Origin: Auanema rhodensis
Taxonomy: Eukaryota; Animalia; Nematoda
DNA length: 64,000 nucleotides
Assembly (NCBI GenBank): GCA_964057225.1
Contig: OZ059894.1
Span: 22,506,001-22,570,000, forward strand
Direction of reading: 5' to 3'
Every line of letters begins with the position of its first letter. Positions within the stretch are counted from its first letter, which is position 1. The notes under the pieces are model-generated. The model ran no database searches, was not told where the DNA came from, and saw nothing but the letters and a program-made list of their open reading frames with translations. Positions 39,101-51,950 of the stretch are shown piece after piece. The translations under genes were made by a program, and so were the position numbers.

Positions 39101-41771
39101 AAGCTGCGTCGATCTGTGTTATCAGATTTGCGCTAGCTTAAAAATGCACCGAGATATCAACTGATATAAGTTCACACTTATATCCTCGATTTTCACCCTG
39201 AAGGAATAATTTTTTCGTTGAATAAAATTGTCCATCGTCTTTGCCTTGAAAAATGAAATCTAAAAACATCTACTTTTTGCTAAATTATTTTGAAATTTTT
39301 CGAAAAAATTTTTGTCAAAATGTTTTTGGAAGCATTGTTGAGTGTACATGGAAACTCAACATACACTAATGCATCATTTTTCAAACGATCATAACTAATT
39401 TTTGTATCAAGCGTTTCTCAATGTAGTTTAGTGCATTCGATGCGGATTTTTAAGCTGCGTCGATCTGTGTTATCAGATTTGCGCTAGCTTAAAAATGCAC
39501 CGAGATATCAACTGATATAAGTTCACACTTATATCCTCGATTTTCACCCTGAAGGAATAATTTTTTCGTTGAATAACACTGTCCATCGTCTTTGCCTTGA
39601 AAAAAGGAATCTAAAAACATCTACTTTTTGCTAAATTATTTTGAAATTTTTCGAAAAAATTTTTGTCAAAATGTTTTTGGAAGCAATGTTGAGTGTACAT
39701 GGAAACTCAACATACACTAATGCATCATTTTTCAAACGATCATAACTAATTTTTGTATTAAGCGTTTCTCAATGTAGTATAGTGCATTCGATGCGGATTT
39801 TTAAGCTGCGTCGATCTCTGTTATCAGATTTGCGCTAGCTTAAAAATGCACCGAGATATCAACTGATATAAGTTCACACTTATATCCTCGATTTTCACCC
39901 TGAAGAATTAATTTTTTCGTTGAATAACATTGTCCATCGTCTTTGCCTTGAATAAAGGAATCTAAAAACATCTACTTTTTGCTAAATTATTTTGAAATTT
40001 TTCGAAAAAATTTTTGTCAAAATGTTTTTGGAAGCAATGTTGAGTGTACATGGAAACTCAACATACACTAATGCATCATTTTTTCAAACGATCATAACTA
40101 ATTTTTGTATTAAGCGTTTCTCAATGTAGTATAGTGCATTCGATGCGGATTTTTAAGCTGCGTCGATCTGTGTTATCAGATTTGCGCTAGCTTAAAAATG
40201 CACCGAGATATCAACTGATATAAGTTCACACTTATATCCTCGATTTTCACCCTGAAGGAATAATTTTTTCGTTGAATAACATTGTCCATCGTCTTTGCCT
40301 TGAAAAAAGGAATCTAAAAACATCTACTTTTTGCTAAATTATTTTGAAATTTTTCGAAAAAATTTTTGTCAAAATGTTTTTGGAAGCATTGTTGAGTGTA
40401 CATGGAAACTCAACATACACTAATGCATCATTTTTCAAACGATCATAACTATTTTTTGTATTAAGCGTTTCTCAATGTAGTATAGTGCATTCGATGCGGA
40501 TTTCTAAGCTGCGTCGATCTCTGTTATCAGATTTGCGCTAGCTTAAAAATGCACCGAGATATCAACTGATATAAGTTCACACTTATATCCTCGATTTTCA
40601 CCCTGAAGAATTAATTTTTTCGTTGAATAACATTGTCCATCGTCTTTGCCTTGAAAAATGGAATCTAAAAACATCTACTTTTTGCTAAATTATTTTGAAA
40701 TTTTTCGAAAAAATTTTTGTCAAAATGTTTTTGGAAGCATTGTTGAGTGTACATGGAAACTCAACATACACTAATGCATCATTTTTCAAACGATCATAAC
40801 TAATTTTTGTATCAAGCGTTTCTCAATGTAGTTTAGTGCATTCGATGCGGATTTTTAAGCTGCGTCGATCTGTGTTATCAGATTTGCGCTAGCTTAAAAA
40901 TGCACCGAGATATCAACTGATATAAGTTCACACTTATATCCTCGATTTTCACCCTGAAGGAATAATTTTTTCGTTGAATAACACTGTCCATCGTCTTTGC
41001 CTTGAAAAAAGGAATCTAAAAACATCTAATTTTTGCTAAATTATTTTGAAATTTTTCGAAAAAATTTTTGTCAAAATGTTTTTGGAAGCATTGTTGAGTG
41101 TACATGGAAACTCAACATACACTAATGCATCATTTTTCAAACGATCATAACTAATTTTTGTATTAAGCGTTTCTCAATGTAGTATAGTGCATTCGATGCG
41201 GATTTTTAAGCTGCGTCGATCTCTGTTATCAGATTTGCGCTAGCTTAAAAATGCACCGAGATATCAACTGATATAAGTTCACACTTATATCCTCGATTTT
41301 CACCCTGAAGGAATAATTTTTTCGTTGAATAACATTGTCCATCGTCTTTGCCTTGAAAAAAGGAATCTAAAAACATCTACTTTTTGCTAAATTATTTTGA
41401 AATTTTTCGAAAAAATTTTTGTCAAAATGTTTTTGGAAGCAATGTTGAGTGTACATGGAAACTCAACATACACTAATGCATCATTTTTCAAACGATCATA
41501 ACTAATTTTTGTATTAAGCGTTTCTCAATGTAGTATAGTGCATTCGATGCGGATTTTTAAGCTGCGTCGATCTCTGTTATCAGATTTGCGCTAGCTTAAA
41601 AATGCACCGAGATATCAACTGATATAAGTTCACACTTATATCCTCGATTTTCACCCTGAAGGAATAATTTTTTCGTTGAATAACATTGTCCATCGTCTTT
41701 GCCTTGAAAAAAGGAATCTAAAAACATCTACTTTTTGCTAAATTATTTTGAAATTTTTCGAAAAAATTTTT
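36154..41771 (+). repeat. 8-mer tandem duplication (M104-111 = M112-119, 2809 bp)
   Basis: Shared T insertion (T6 at 37270-37275 and 40079-40084) and p.137C (37695/40504). All eight haplotypes are colinear; one private change near 41029. Confidence 0.92.
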
Positions 41772-43526
41772 GTCAAAATGTTTTTGGAAGCATTGTTGAG
41801 TGTACATGGAAACTCAACATACACTAATGCATCATTTTTCAAACGATCATAACTATTTTTTGTATTAAGCGTTTCTCAATGTAGTATAGTGCATTCGATG
41901 CGGATTTTTAAGCTGCGTCGATCTCTGTTATCAGATTTGCGCTAGCTTAAAAATGCACCGAGATATCAACTGATATAAGTTCACACTTATATCCTCGATT
42001 TTCACCCTGAAGAATTAATTTTTTCGTTGAATAACATTGTCCATCGTCTTTGCCTTGAAAAATGGAATCTAAAAACATCTACTTTTTGCTAAATTATTTT
42101 GAAATTTTTCGAAAAAATTTTTGTCAAAATGTTTTTGGAAGCATTGTTGAGTGTACATGGAAACTCAACATACACTAATGCATCATTTTTCAAACGATCA
42201 TAACTAATTTTTGTATCAAGCGTTTCTCAATGTAGTTTAGTGCATTCGATGCGGATTTTTAAGCTGCGTCGATCTGTGTTATCAGATTTGCGCTAGCTTA
42301 AAAATGCACCGAGATATCAACTGATATAAGTTCACACTTATATCCTCGATTTTCACCCTGAAGGAATAATTTTTTCGTTGAATAACACTGTCCATCGTCT
42401 TTGCCTTGAAAAAAGGAATCTAAAAACATCTACTTTTTGCTAAATTATTTTGAAATTTTTCGAAAAAATTTTTGTCAAAATGTTTTTGGAAGCATTGTTG
42501 AGTGTACATGGAAACTCAACATACACTAATGCATCATTTTTCAAACGATCATAACTAATTTTTGTATTAAGCGTTTCTCAATGTAGTATAGTGCATTCGA
42601 TGCGGATTTTTAAGCTGCGTCGATCTGTGTTATCAGATTTGCGCTAGCTTAAAAATGCACCGAGATATCAACTGATGTAAGTTCACACTTATATCCTCGA
42701 TTTTCACCCTGAAGAATTAATTTTTTCGTTGAATAACATTGTCCATCTTCTTTGCCTTGAAAAATGAAATCTAAAAACATCTACTTTTTGCTAAATTATT
42801 TTGAAATTTTTCGAAAAAATTTTTGTCAAAATGTTTTTGGAAGCATTGTTGAGTGTACATGGAAACTCAACATACACTAATGCATCATTTTTCAAACGAT
42901 CATAACTAATTTTTGTATTAAGCGTTTCTCAATGTAGTATAGTGCATTCGATGCGGATTTTTAAGCTGCGTCGATCTGTGTTATCAGATTTGCGCTAGCT
43001 TAAAAATGCACCGAGATATCAACTGATATAAGTTCACACTTATATCCTCGATTTTCACCCTGAAGGAATAATTTTTTCGTTGAATAAAATTGTCCATCGT
43101 CTTTGCCTTGAAAAATGAAATCTAAAAACATCTACTTTTTGCTAAATTATTTTGAAATTTTTCGAAAAAATTTTTGTCAAAATGTTTTTGGAAGCATTGT
43201 TGAGTGTACATGGAAACTCAACATACACTAATGCATCATTTTTCAAACGATCATAACTAATTTTTGTATCAAGCGTTTCTCAATGTAGTATAGTGCATTC
43301 GATGCGGATTTTTAAGCTGCGTCGATCTGTGTTATCAGATTTGCGCTAGCTTAAAAATGCACCGAGATATCAACTGATATAAGTTCACACTTATATCCTC
43401 GATTTTCACCCTGAAGGAATAATTTTTTCGTTGAATAACATTGTCCATCGTCTTTGCCTTGAAAAAAGGAATCTAAAAACATCTACTTTTTGCTAAATTA
43501 TTTTGAAATTTTTCGAAAAAATTTTT

Positions 43527-46500
43527 GTCAAAATGTTTTTGGAAGCATTGTTGAGTGTACATGGAAACTCAACATACACTAATGCATCATTTTTCAAACG
43601 ATCATAACTAATTTTTGTATTAAGCGTTTCTCAATGTAGTATAGTGCATTCGATGCGGATTTTTAAGCTGCGTCGATCTCTGTTATCAGATTTGCGCTAG
43701 CTTAAAAATGCACCGAGATATCAACTGATATAAGTTCACACTTATATCCTCGATTTTCACCCTGAAGGAATAATTTTTTCGTTGAATAACATTGTCCATC
43801 GTCTTTGCCTTGGAAAAAGGAATCTAAAAACATCTACTTTTTGCTAAATTATTTTGAAATTTTTCGAAAATATTTTTGTCAAAATGTTTTTGGAAGCAAT
43901 GTTGAGTGTACATGGAAACTCAACATACACTAATGCATCATTTTTCAAACGATCATAACTAATTTTTGTATTAAGCGTTTCTCAATGTAGTATAGTGCAT
44001 TCGATGCGGATTTTTAAGCTGCGTCGATCTGTGTTATCAGATTTGCGCTAGCTTAAAAATGCACCGAGATATCAACTGATATAAGTTCACACTTATATCC
44101 TCGATTTTCACCATGAAGAATTAATTTTTTCGTTGAATAACATTGTCCATCGTCTTTGCCTTGAAAAATGAAATCTAAAAACATCTACTTTTTGCTAAAT
44201 TATTTTGAAATTTTTCGAAAAAATTTTTGTCAAAATGTTTTTGGAAGCATTGTTGAGTGTACATGGAAACTCAACATACACTAATGCATCATTTTTCAAA
44301 CGATCATAACTAATTTTTGTATCAAGCGTTTCTCAATGTAGTTTAGTGCATTCGATGCGGATTTTTAAGCTGCGTCGATCTGTGTTATCAGATTTGCGCT
44401 AGCTTAAAAATGCACCGAGATATCAACTGATATAAGTTCACACTTATATCCTCGATTTTCACCCTGAAGGAATAATTTTTTCGTTGAATAACATTGTCCA
44501 TCGTCTTTGCCTTGAAAAAAGGAATCTAAAAACATCTACTTTTTGCTAAATTATTTTGAAATTTTTCGAAAAAATTTTTGTCAAAATGTTTTTGGAAGCA
44601 TTGTTGAGTGTACATGGAAACTCAACATACACTAATGCATCATTTTTCAAACGATCATAACTAATTTTTGTATTAAGCGTTTCTCAATGTAGTATAGTGC
44701 ATTCGATGCGTATTTTTAAGCTGCGTCGATCTCTGTTATCAGATTTGCGCTAGCTTAAAAATGCACCGAGATATCAACTGATATAAGTTCACACTTATAT
44801 CCTCGATTTTCACCCTGAAGGAATAATTTTTTCGTTGAATAACATTGTCCATCGTCTTTGCCTTGAAAAAAAGAATCTAAAAACATCTACTTTTTGCTAA
44901 ATTATTTTGAAATTTTTCGAAAAAATTTTTGTCAAAATGTTTTTGGAAGCAATGTTGAGTGTACATGGAAACTCAACATACACTAATGCATCATTTTTCA
45001 AACGATCATAACTAATTTTTGTATCAAGCGTTTCTCAATGTAGTATAGTGCATTCGATGCGGATTTTTAAGCTGCGTCGATCTGTGTTATCAGATTTGCG
45101 CTAGCTTAAAAATGCACCGAGATATCAACTGATATAAGTTCACACTTATATCCTCGATTTTCACCCTGAAGAATTAATTTTTTCGTTGAATAACATTGTC
45201 CATCGTCTTTGCCTTGAAAAATGAAATCTAAAAACATCTACTTTTTGCTAAATTATTTTGAAATTTTTCGAAAAAATTTTTGTCAAAATGTTTTTGGAAG
45301 CATTGTTGAGTGTACATGGAAACTCAACATACACTAATGCATCATTTTTCAAACGATCATAACTAATTTTTGTATCAAGCGTTTCTCAATGTAGTTTAGT
45401 GCATTCGATGCGAATTTTTAAGTTGCGTCGATCTGTGTTATCAGATTTGCGCTAGCTTAAAAATGCACCGAGATATCAACTGATATAAGTTCACACTTAT
45501 ATCCTCGATTTTCACCCTGAAGAATTAATTTTTTCGTTGAATAACATTGTCCATCGTCTTTGCCTTGAAAAATGAAATCTAAAAACATCTACTTTTTGCT
45601 AAATTATTTTGAAATTTTTCGAAAAAATTTTTGTCAAAATGTTTTTGGAAGCATTGTTGAGTGTACATGGAAACTCAACATACACTAATGCATCATTTTT
45701 CAAACGATCATAACTAATTTTTGTATCAAGCGTTTCTCAATGTAGTTTAGTGCATTCGATGCGAATTTTTAAGCTGCGTCGATCTGTGTTATCAGATTTG
45801 CGCTAGCTTAAAAATGCACCGAGATATCAACTGATATAAGTTCACACTTATATCCTCGATTTTCACCCTGAAGGAATAATTTTTTCGTTGAATAACATTG
45901 TCCATCGTCTTTGCCTTGAAAAAAGAAATCTAAAAACATCTACTTTTTGCTAAATTATTTTGAAATTTTTCGAAAAAATTTTTGTCAAAATGTTTTTGGA
46001 AGCATTGTTGAGTGTACATGGAAACTCAACATACACTAATGCATCATTTTTCAAACGATCATAACTAATTTTTGTATTAAGCGTTTCTCAATGTAGTATA
46101 GTGCATTCGATGCGGATTTTTAAGCTGCGTCGATCTGTGTTATCAGATTTGCGCTAGCTTAAAAATGCACCGAGATATCAACTGATATAAGTTCACACTT
46201 ATATCCTCGATTTTCACCCTGAAGAATTAATTTTTTCGTTGAATAACATTGTCCATCGTCTTTGCCTTGAAAAATGAAATCTAAAAACATCTACTTTTTG
46301 CTAAATTATTTTGAAATTTTTCGAAAAAATTTTTGTCAAAATGTTTTTGGAAGCATTGTTGAGTGTACATGGAAACTCAACATACACTAATGCATCATTT
46401 TTCAAACGATCATAACTAATTTTTGTATCAAGCGTTTCTCAATGTAGTTTAGTGCATTCGATGCGGATTTTTAAGCTGCGTCGATCTGTGTTATCAGATT

Positions 46501-49500
46501 TGCGCTAGCTTAAAAATGCACCGAGATATCAACTGATATAAGTTCACACTTATATCCTCGATTTTCACCCTGAAGGAATAATTTTTTCGTTGAATAACAT
46601 TGTCCATCGTCTTTGCCTTGAAAAAAGGAATCTAAAAACATCTACTTTTTGCTAAATTATTTTGAAATTTTTCGAAAAAATTTTTGTCAAAATGTTTTTG
46701 GAAGCATTGTTGAGTGTACATGGAAACTCAACATACACTAATGCATCATTTTTCAAACGATCATAACTAATTTTTGTATTAAGCGTTTCTCAATGTAGTA
46801 TAGTGCATTCGATGCGTATTTTTAAGCTGCGTCGATCTCTGTTATCAGATTTGCGCTAGCTTAAAAATGCACCGAGATATCAACTGATATAAGTTCACAC
46901 TTATATCCTCGATTTTCACCCTGAAGGAATAATTTTTTCGTTGAATAACATTGTCCATCGTCTTTGCCTTGAAAAAAGGAATCTAAAAACATCTACTTTT
47001 TGCTAAATTATTTTGAAATTTTTCGAAAAAATTTTTGTCAAAATGTTTTTGGAAGCATTGTTGAGTGTACATGGAAACTCAACATACACTAATGCATCAT
47101 TTTTCAAACGATCATAACTAATTTTTGTATTAAGCGTTTCTCAATGTAGTATAGTGCATTCGATGCGTATTTTTAAGCTGCGTCGATCTCTGTTATCAGA
47201 TTTGCGCTAGCTTAAAAATGCACCGAGATATCAACTGATATAAGTTCACACTTATATCCTCGATTTTCACCCTGAAGGAATAATTTTTTCGTTGAATAAC
47301 ATTGTCCATCGTCTTTGCCTTGAAAAAAAGAATCTAAAAACATCTACTTTTTGCTAAATTATTTTGAAATTTTTCGAAAAAATTTTTGTCAAAATGTTTT
47401 TGGAAGCAATGTTGAGTGTACATGGAAACTCAACATACACTAATGCATCATTTTTCAAACGATCATAACTAATTTTTGTATCAAGCGTTTCTCAATGTAG
47501 TATAGTGCATTCGATGCGGATTTTTAAGCTGCGTCGATCTGTGTTATCAGATTTGCGCTAGCTTAAAAATGCACCGAGATATCAACTGATATAAGTTCAC
47601 ACTTATATCCTCGATTTTCACCCTGAAGAATTAATTTTTTCGTTGAATAACATTGTCCATCGTCTTTGCCTTGAAAAATGAAATCTAAAAACATCTACTT
47701 TTTGCTAAATTATTTTGAAATTTTTCGAAAAAATTTTTGTCAAAATGTTTTTGGAAGCATTGTTGAGTGTACATGGAAACTCAACATACACTAATGCATC
47801 ATTTTTCAAACGATCATAACTAATTTTTGTATCAAGCGTTTCTCAATGTAGTTTAGTGCATTCGATGCGAATTTTTAAGCTGCGTCGATCTGTGTTATCA
47901 GATTTGCGCTAGCTTAAAAATGCACCGAGATATCAACTGATATAAGTTCACACTTATATCCTCGATTTTCACCCTGAAGGAATAATTTTTTCGTTGAATA
48001 ACATTGTCCATCGTCTTTGCCTTGAAAAAAGAAATCTAAAAACATCTACTTTTTGCTAAATTATTTTGAAATTTTTCGAAAAAATTTTTGTCAAAATGTT
48101 TTTGGAAGCATTGTTGAGTGTACATGGAAACTCAACATACACTAATGCATCATTTTTCAAACGATCATAACTAATTTTTGTATTAAGCGTTTCTCAATGT
48201 AGTATAGTGCATTCGATGCGGATTTTTAAGCTGCGTCGATCTGTGTTATCAGATTTGCGCTAGCTTAAAAATGCACCGAGATATCAACTGATATAAGTTC
48301 ACACTTATATCCTCGATTTTCACCCTGAAGAATTAATTTTTTCGTTGAATAACATTGTCCATCGTCTTTGCCTTGAAAAATGAAATCTAAAAACATCTAC
48401 TTTTTGCTAAATTATTTTGAAATTTTTCGAAAAAATTTTTGTCAAAATGTTTTTGGAAGCATTGTTGAGTGTACATGGAAACTCAACATACACTAATGCA
48501 TCATTTTTCAAACGATCATAACTAATTTTTGTATCAAGCGTTTCTCAATGTAGTTTAGTGCATTCGATGCGAATTTTTAAGCTGCGTCGATCTGTGTTAT
48601 CAGATTTGCGCTAGCTTAAAAATGCACCGAGATATCAACTGATATAAGTTCACACTTATATCCTCGATTTTCACCCTGAAGGAATAATTTTTTCGTTGAA
48701 TAACATTGTCCATCGTCTTTGCCTTGAAAAAAGGAATCTAAAAACATCTACTTTTTGCTAAATTATTTTGAAATTTTTCGAAAAAATTTTTGTCAAAATG
48801 TTTTTGGAAGCATTGTTGAGTGTACATGGAAACTCAACATACACTAATGCATCATTTTTCAAACGATCATAACTAATTTTTGTATTAAGCGTTTCGCAAT
48901 GTAGTATAGTGCATTCGATGCGGATTTTTAAGCTGCGTCGATCTCTGTTATCAGATTTGCGCTAGCTTAAAAATGCACCGAGATATCAACTGATATAAGT
49001 TCACACTTATATCCTCGATTTTCACCCTGAAGGAATAATTTTTTCGTTGAATAACATTGTCCATCGTCTTTGCCTTGGAAAAAGGAATCTAAAAACATCT
49101 ACTTTTTGCTAAATTATTTTGAAATTTTTCGAAAATATTTTTGTCAAAATGTTTTTGGAAGCAATGTTGAGTGTACATGGAAACTCAACATACACTAATG
49201 CATCATTTTTCAAACGATCATAACTAATTTTTGTATTAAGCGTTTCTCAATGTAGTATAGTGCATTCGATGCGGATTTTTAAGCTGCGTCGATCTGTGTT
49301 ATCAGATTTGCGCTAGCTTAAAAATGCACCGAGATATCAACTGATATAAGTTCACACTTATATCCTCGATTTTCACCCTGAAGAATTAATTTTTTCGTTG
49401 AATAACATTGTCCATCGTCTTTGCCTTGAAAAATGAAATCTAAAAACATCTACTTTTTGCTAAATTATTTTGAAATTTTTCGAAAAAATTTTTGTCAAAA

Positions 49501-51599
49501 TGTTTTTGGAAGCATTGTTGAGTGTACATGGAAACTCAACATACACTAATGCATCATTTTTCAAACGATCATAACTAATTTTTGTATCAAGCGTTTCTCA
49601 ATGTAGTTTAGTGCATTCGATGCGGATTTTTAAGCTGCGTCGATCTGTGTTATCAGATTTGCGCTAGCTTAAAAATGCACCGAGATATCAACTGATATAA
49701 GTTCACACTTATATCCTCGATTTTCACCCTGAAGGAATAATTTTTTCGTTGAATAACATTGTCCATCGTCTTTGCCTTGAAAAAAGGAATCTAAAAACAT
49801 CTACTTTTTGCTAAATTATTTTGAAATTTTTCGAAAAAATTTTTGTCAAAATGTTTTTGGAAGCATTGTTGAGTGTACATGGAAACTCAACATACACTAA
49901 TGCATCATTTTTCAAACGATCATAACTAATTTTTGTATTAAGCGTTTCTCAATGTAGTATAGTGCATTCGATGCGTATTTTTAAGCTGCGTCGATCTCTG
50001 TTATCAGATTTGCGCTAGCTTAAAAATGCACCGAGATATCAACTGATATAAGTTTACACTTATATCCTCGATTTTCACCCTGAAGGAATAATTTTTTCGT
50101 TGAATAACATTGTCCATCGTCTTTGCCTTGAAAAAAAGAATCTAAAAACATCTACTTTTTGCTAAATTATTTTGAAATTTTTCGAAAAAATTTTTGTCAA
50201 AATGTTTTTGGAAGCAATGTTGAGTGTACATGGAAACTCAACATACACTAATGCATCATTTTTCAAACGATCATAACTAATTTTTGTATCAAGCGTTTCT
50301 CAATGTAGTATAGTGCATTCGATGCGGATTTTTAAGCTGCGTCGATCTGTGTTATCAGATTTGCGCTAGCTTAAAAATGCACCGAGATATCAACTGATAT
50401 AAGTTCACACTTATATCCTCGATTTTCACCCTGAAGAATTAATTTTTTCGTTGAATAACATTGTCCATCGTCTTTGCCTTGAAAAATGAAATCTAAAAAC
50501 ATCTACTTTTTGCTAAATTATTTTGAAATTTTTCGAAAAAATTTTTGTCAAAATGTTTTTGGAAGCATTGTTGAGTGTACATGGAAACTCAACATACACT
50601 AATGCATCATTTTTCAAACGATCATAACTAATTTTTGTATCAAGCGTTTCTCAATGTAGTTTAGTGCATTCGATGCGAATTTTTAAGCTGCGTCGATCTG
50701 TGTTATCAGATTTGCGCTAGCTTAAAAATGCACCGAGATATCAACTGATATAAGTTCACACTTATATCCTCGATTTTCACCCTGAAGGAATAATTTTTTC
50801 GTTGAATAACATTGTCCATCGTCTTTGCCTTGAAAAAAGAAATCTAAAAACATCTACTTTTTGCTAAATTATTTTGAAATTTTTCGAAAAAATTTTTGTC
50901 AAAATGTTTTTGGAAGCATTGTTGAGTGTACATGGAAACTCAACATACACTAATGCATCATTTTTCAAACGATCATAACTAATTTTTGTATTAAGCGTTT
51001 CTCAATGTAGTATAGTGCATTCGATGCGGATTTTTAAGCTGCGTCGATCTGTGTTATCAGATTTGCGCTAGCTTAAAAATGCACCGAGATATCAACTGAT
51101 ATAAGTTCACACTTATATCCTCGATTTTCACCCTGAAGAATTAATTTTTTCGTTGAATAACATTGTCCATCGTCTTTGCCTTGAAAAATGAAATCTAAAA
51201 ACATCTACTTTTTGCTAAATTATTTTGAAATTTTTCGAAAAAATTTTTGTCAAAATGTTTTTGGAAGCATTGTTGAGTGTACATGGAAACTCAACATACA
51301 CTAATGCATCATTTTTCAAACGATCATAACTAATTTTTGTATCAAGCGTTTCTCAATGTAGTTTAGTGCATTCGATGCGAATTTTTAAGCTGCGTCGATC
51401 TGTGTTATCAGATTTGCGCTAGCTTAAAAATGCACCGAGATATCAACTGATATAAGTTCACACTTATATCCTCGATTTTCACCCTGAAGGAATAATTTTT
51501 TCGTTGAATAACATTGTCCATCGTCTTTGCCTTGAAAAAAGGAATCTAAAAACATCTACTTTTTGCTAAATTATTTTGAAATTTTTCGAAAAAATTTTT
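43527..51599 (+). repeat. Variant domain M125-147 built from about three related 7-8-mer copies
   Basis: p.132T at 44711, 46817, 47168, 49976; p.132A at 45413, 45764, 47870, 48572, 50678, 51380; p.287G+345T at 43813/43871 and 49078/49136. M135-139 match M143-147 at 2808 bp. Confidence 0.85.
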
Positions 51600-51950
51600 G
51601 TCAAAATGTTTTTGGAAGCATTGTTGAGTGTACATGGAAACTCAACATACACTAATGCATCATTTTTCAAACGATCATAACTAATTTTTGTATTAAGCGT
51701 TTCTCAATGTAGTATAGTGCATTCGATGCGGATTTTTAAGCTGCGTCGATCTCTGTTATCAGATTTGCGCTAGCTTAAAAATGCACCGAGATATCAACTG
51801 ATATAAGTTCACACTTATATCCTCGATTTTCACCCTGAAGGAATAATTTTTTCGTTGAATAACATTGTCCATCGTCTTTGCCTTGAAAAAAGGAATCTAA
51901 AAACATCTACTTTTTGCTAAATTATTTTGAAATTTTTCGAAAAAATTTTT

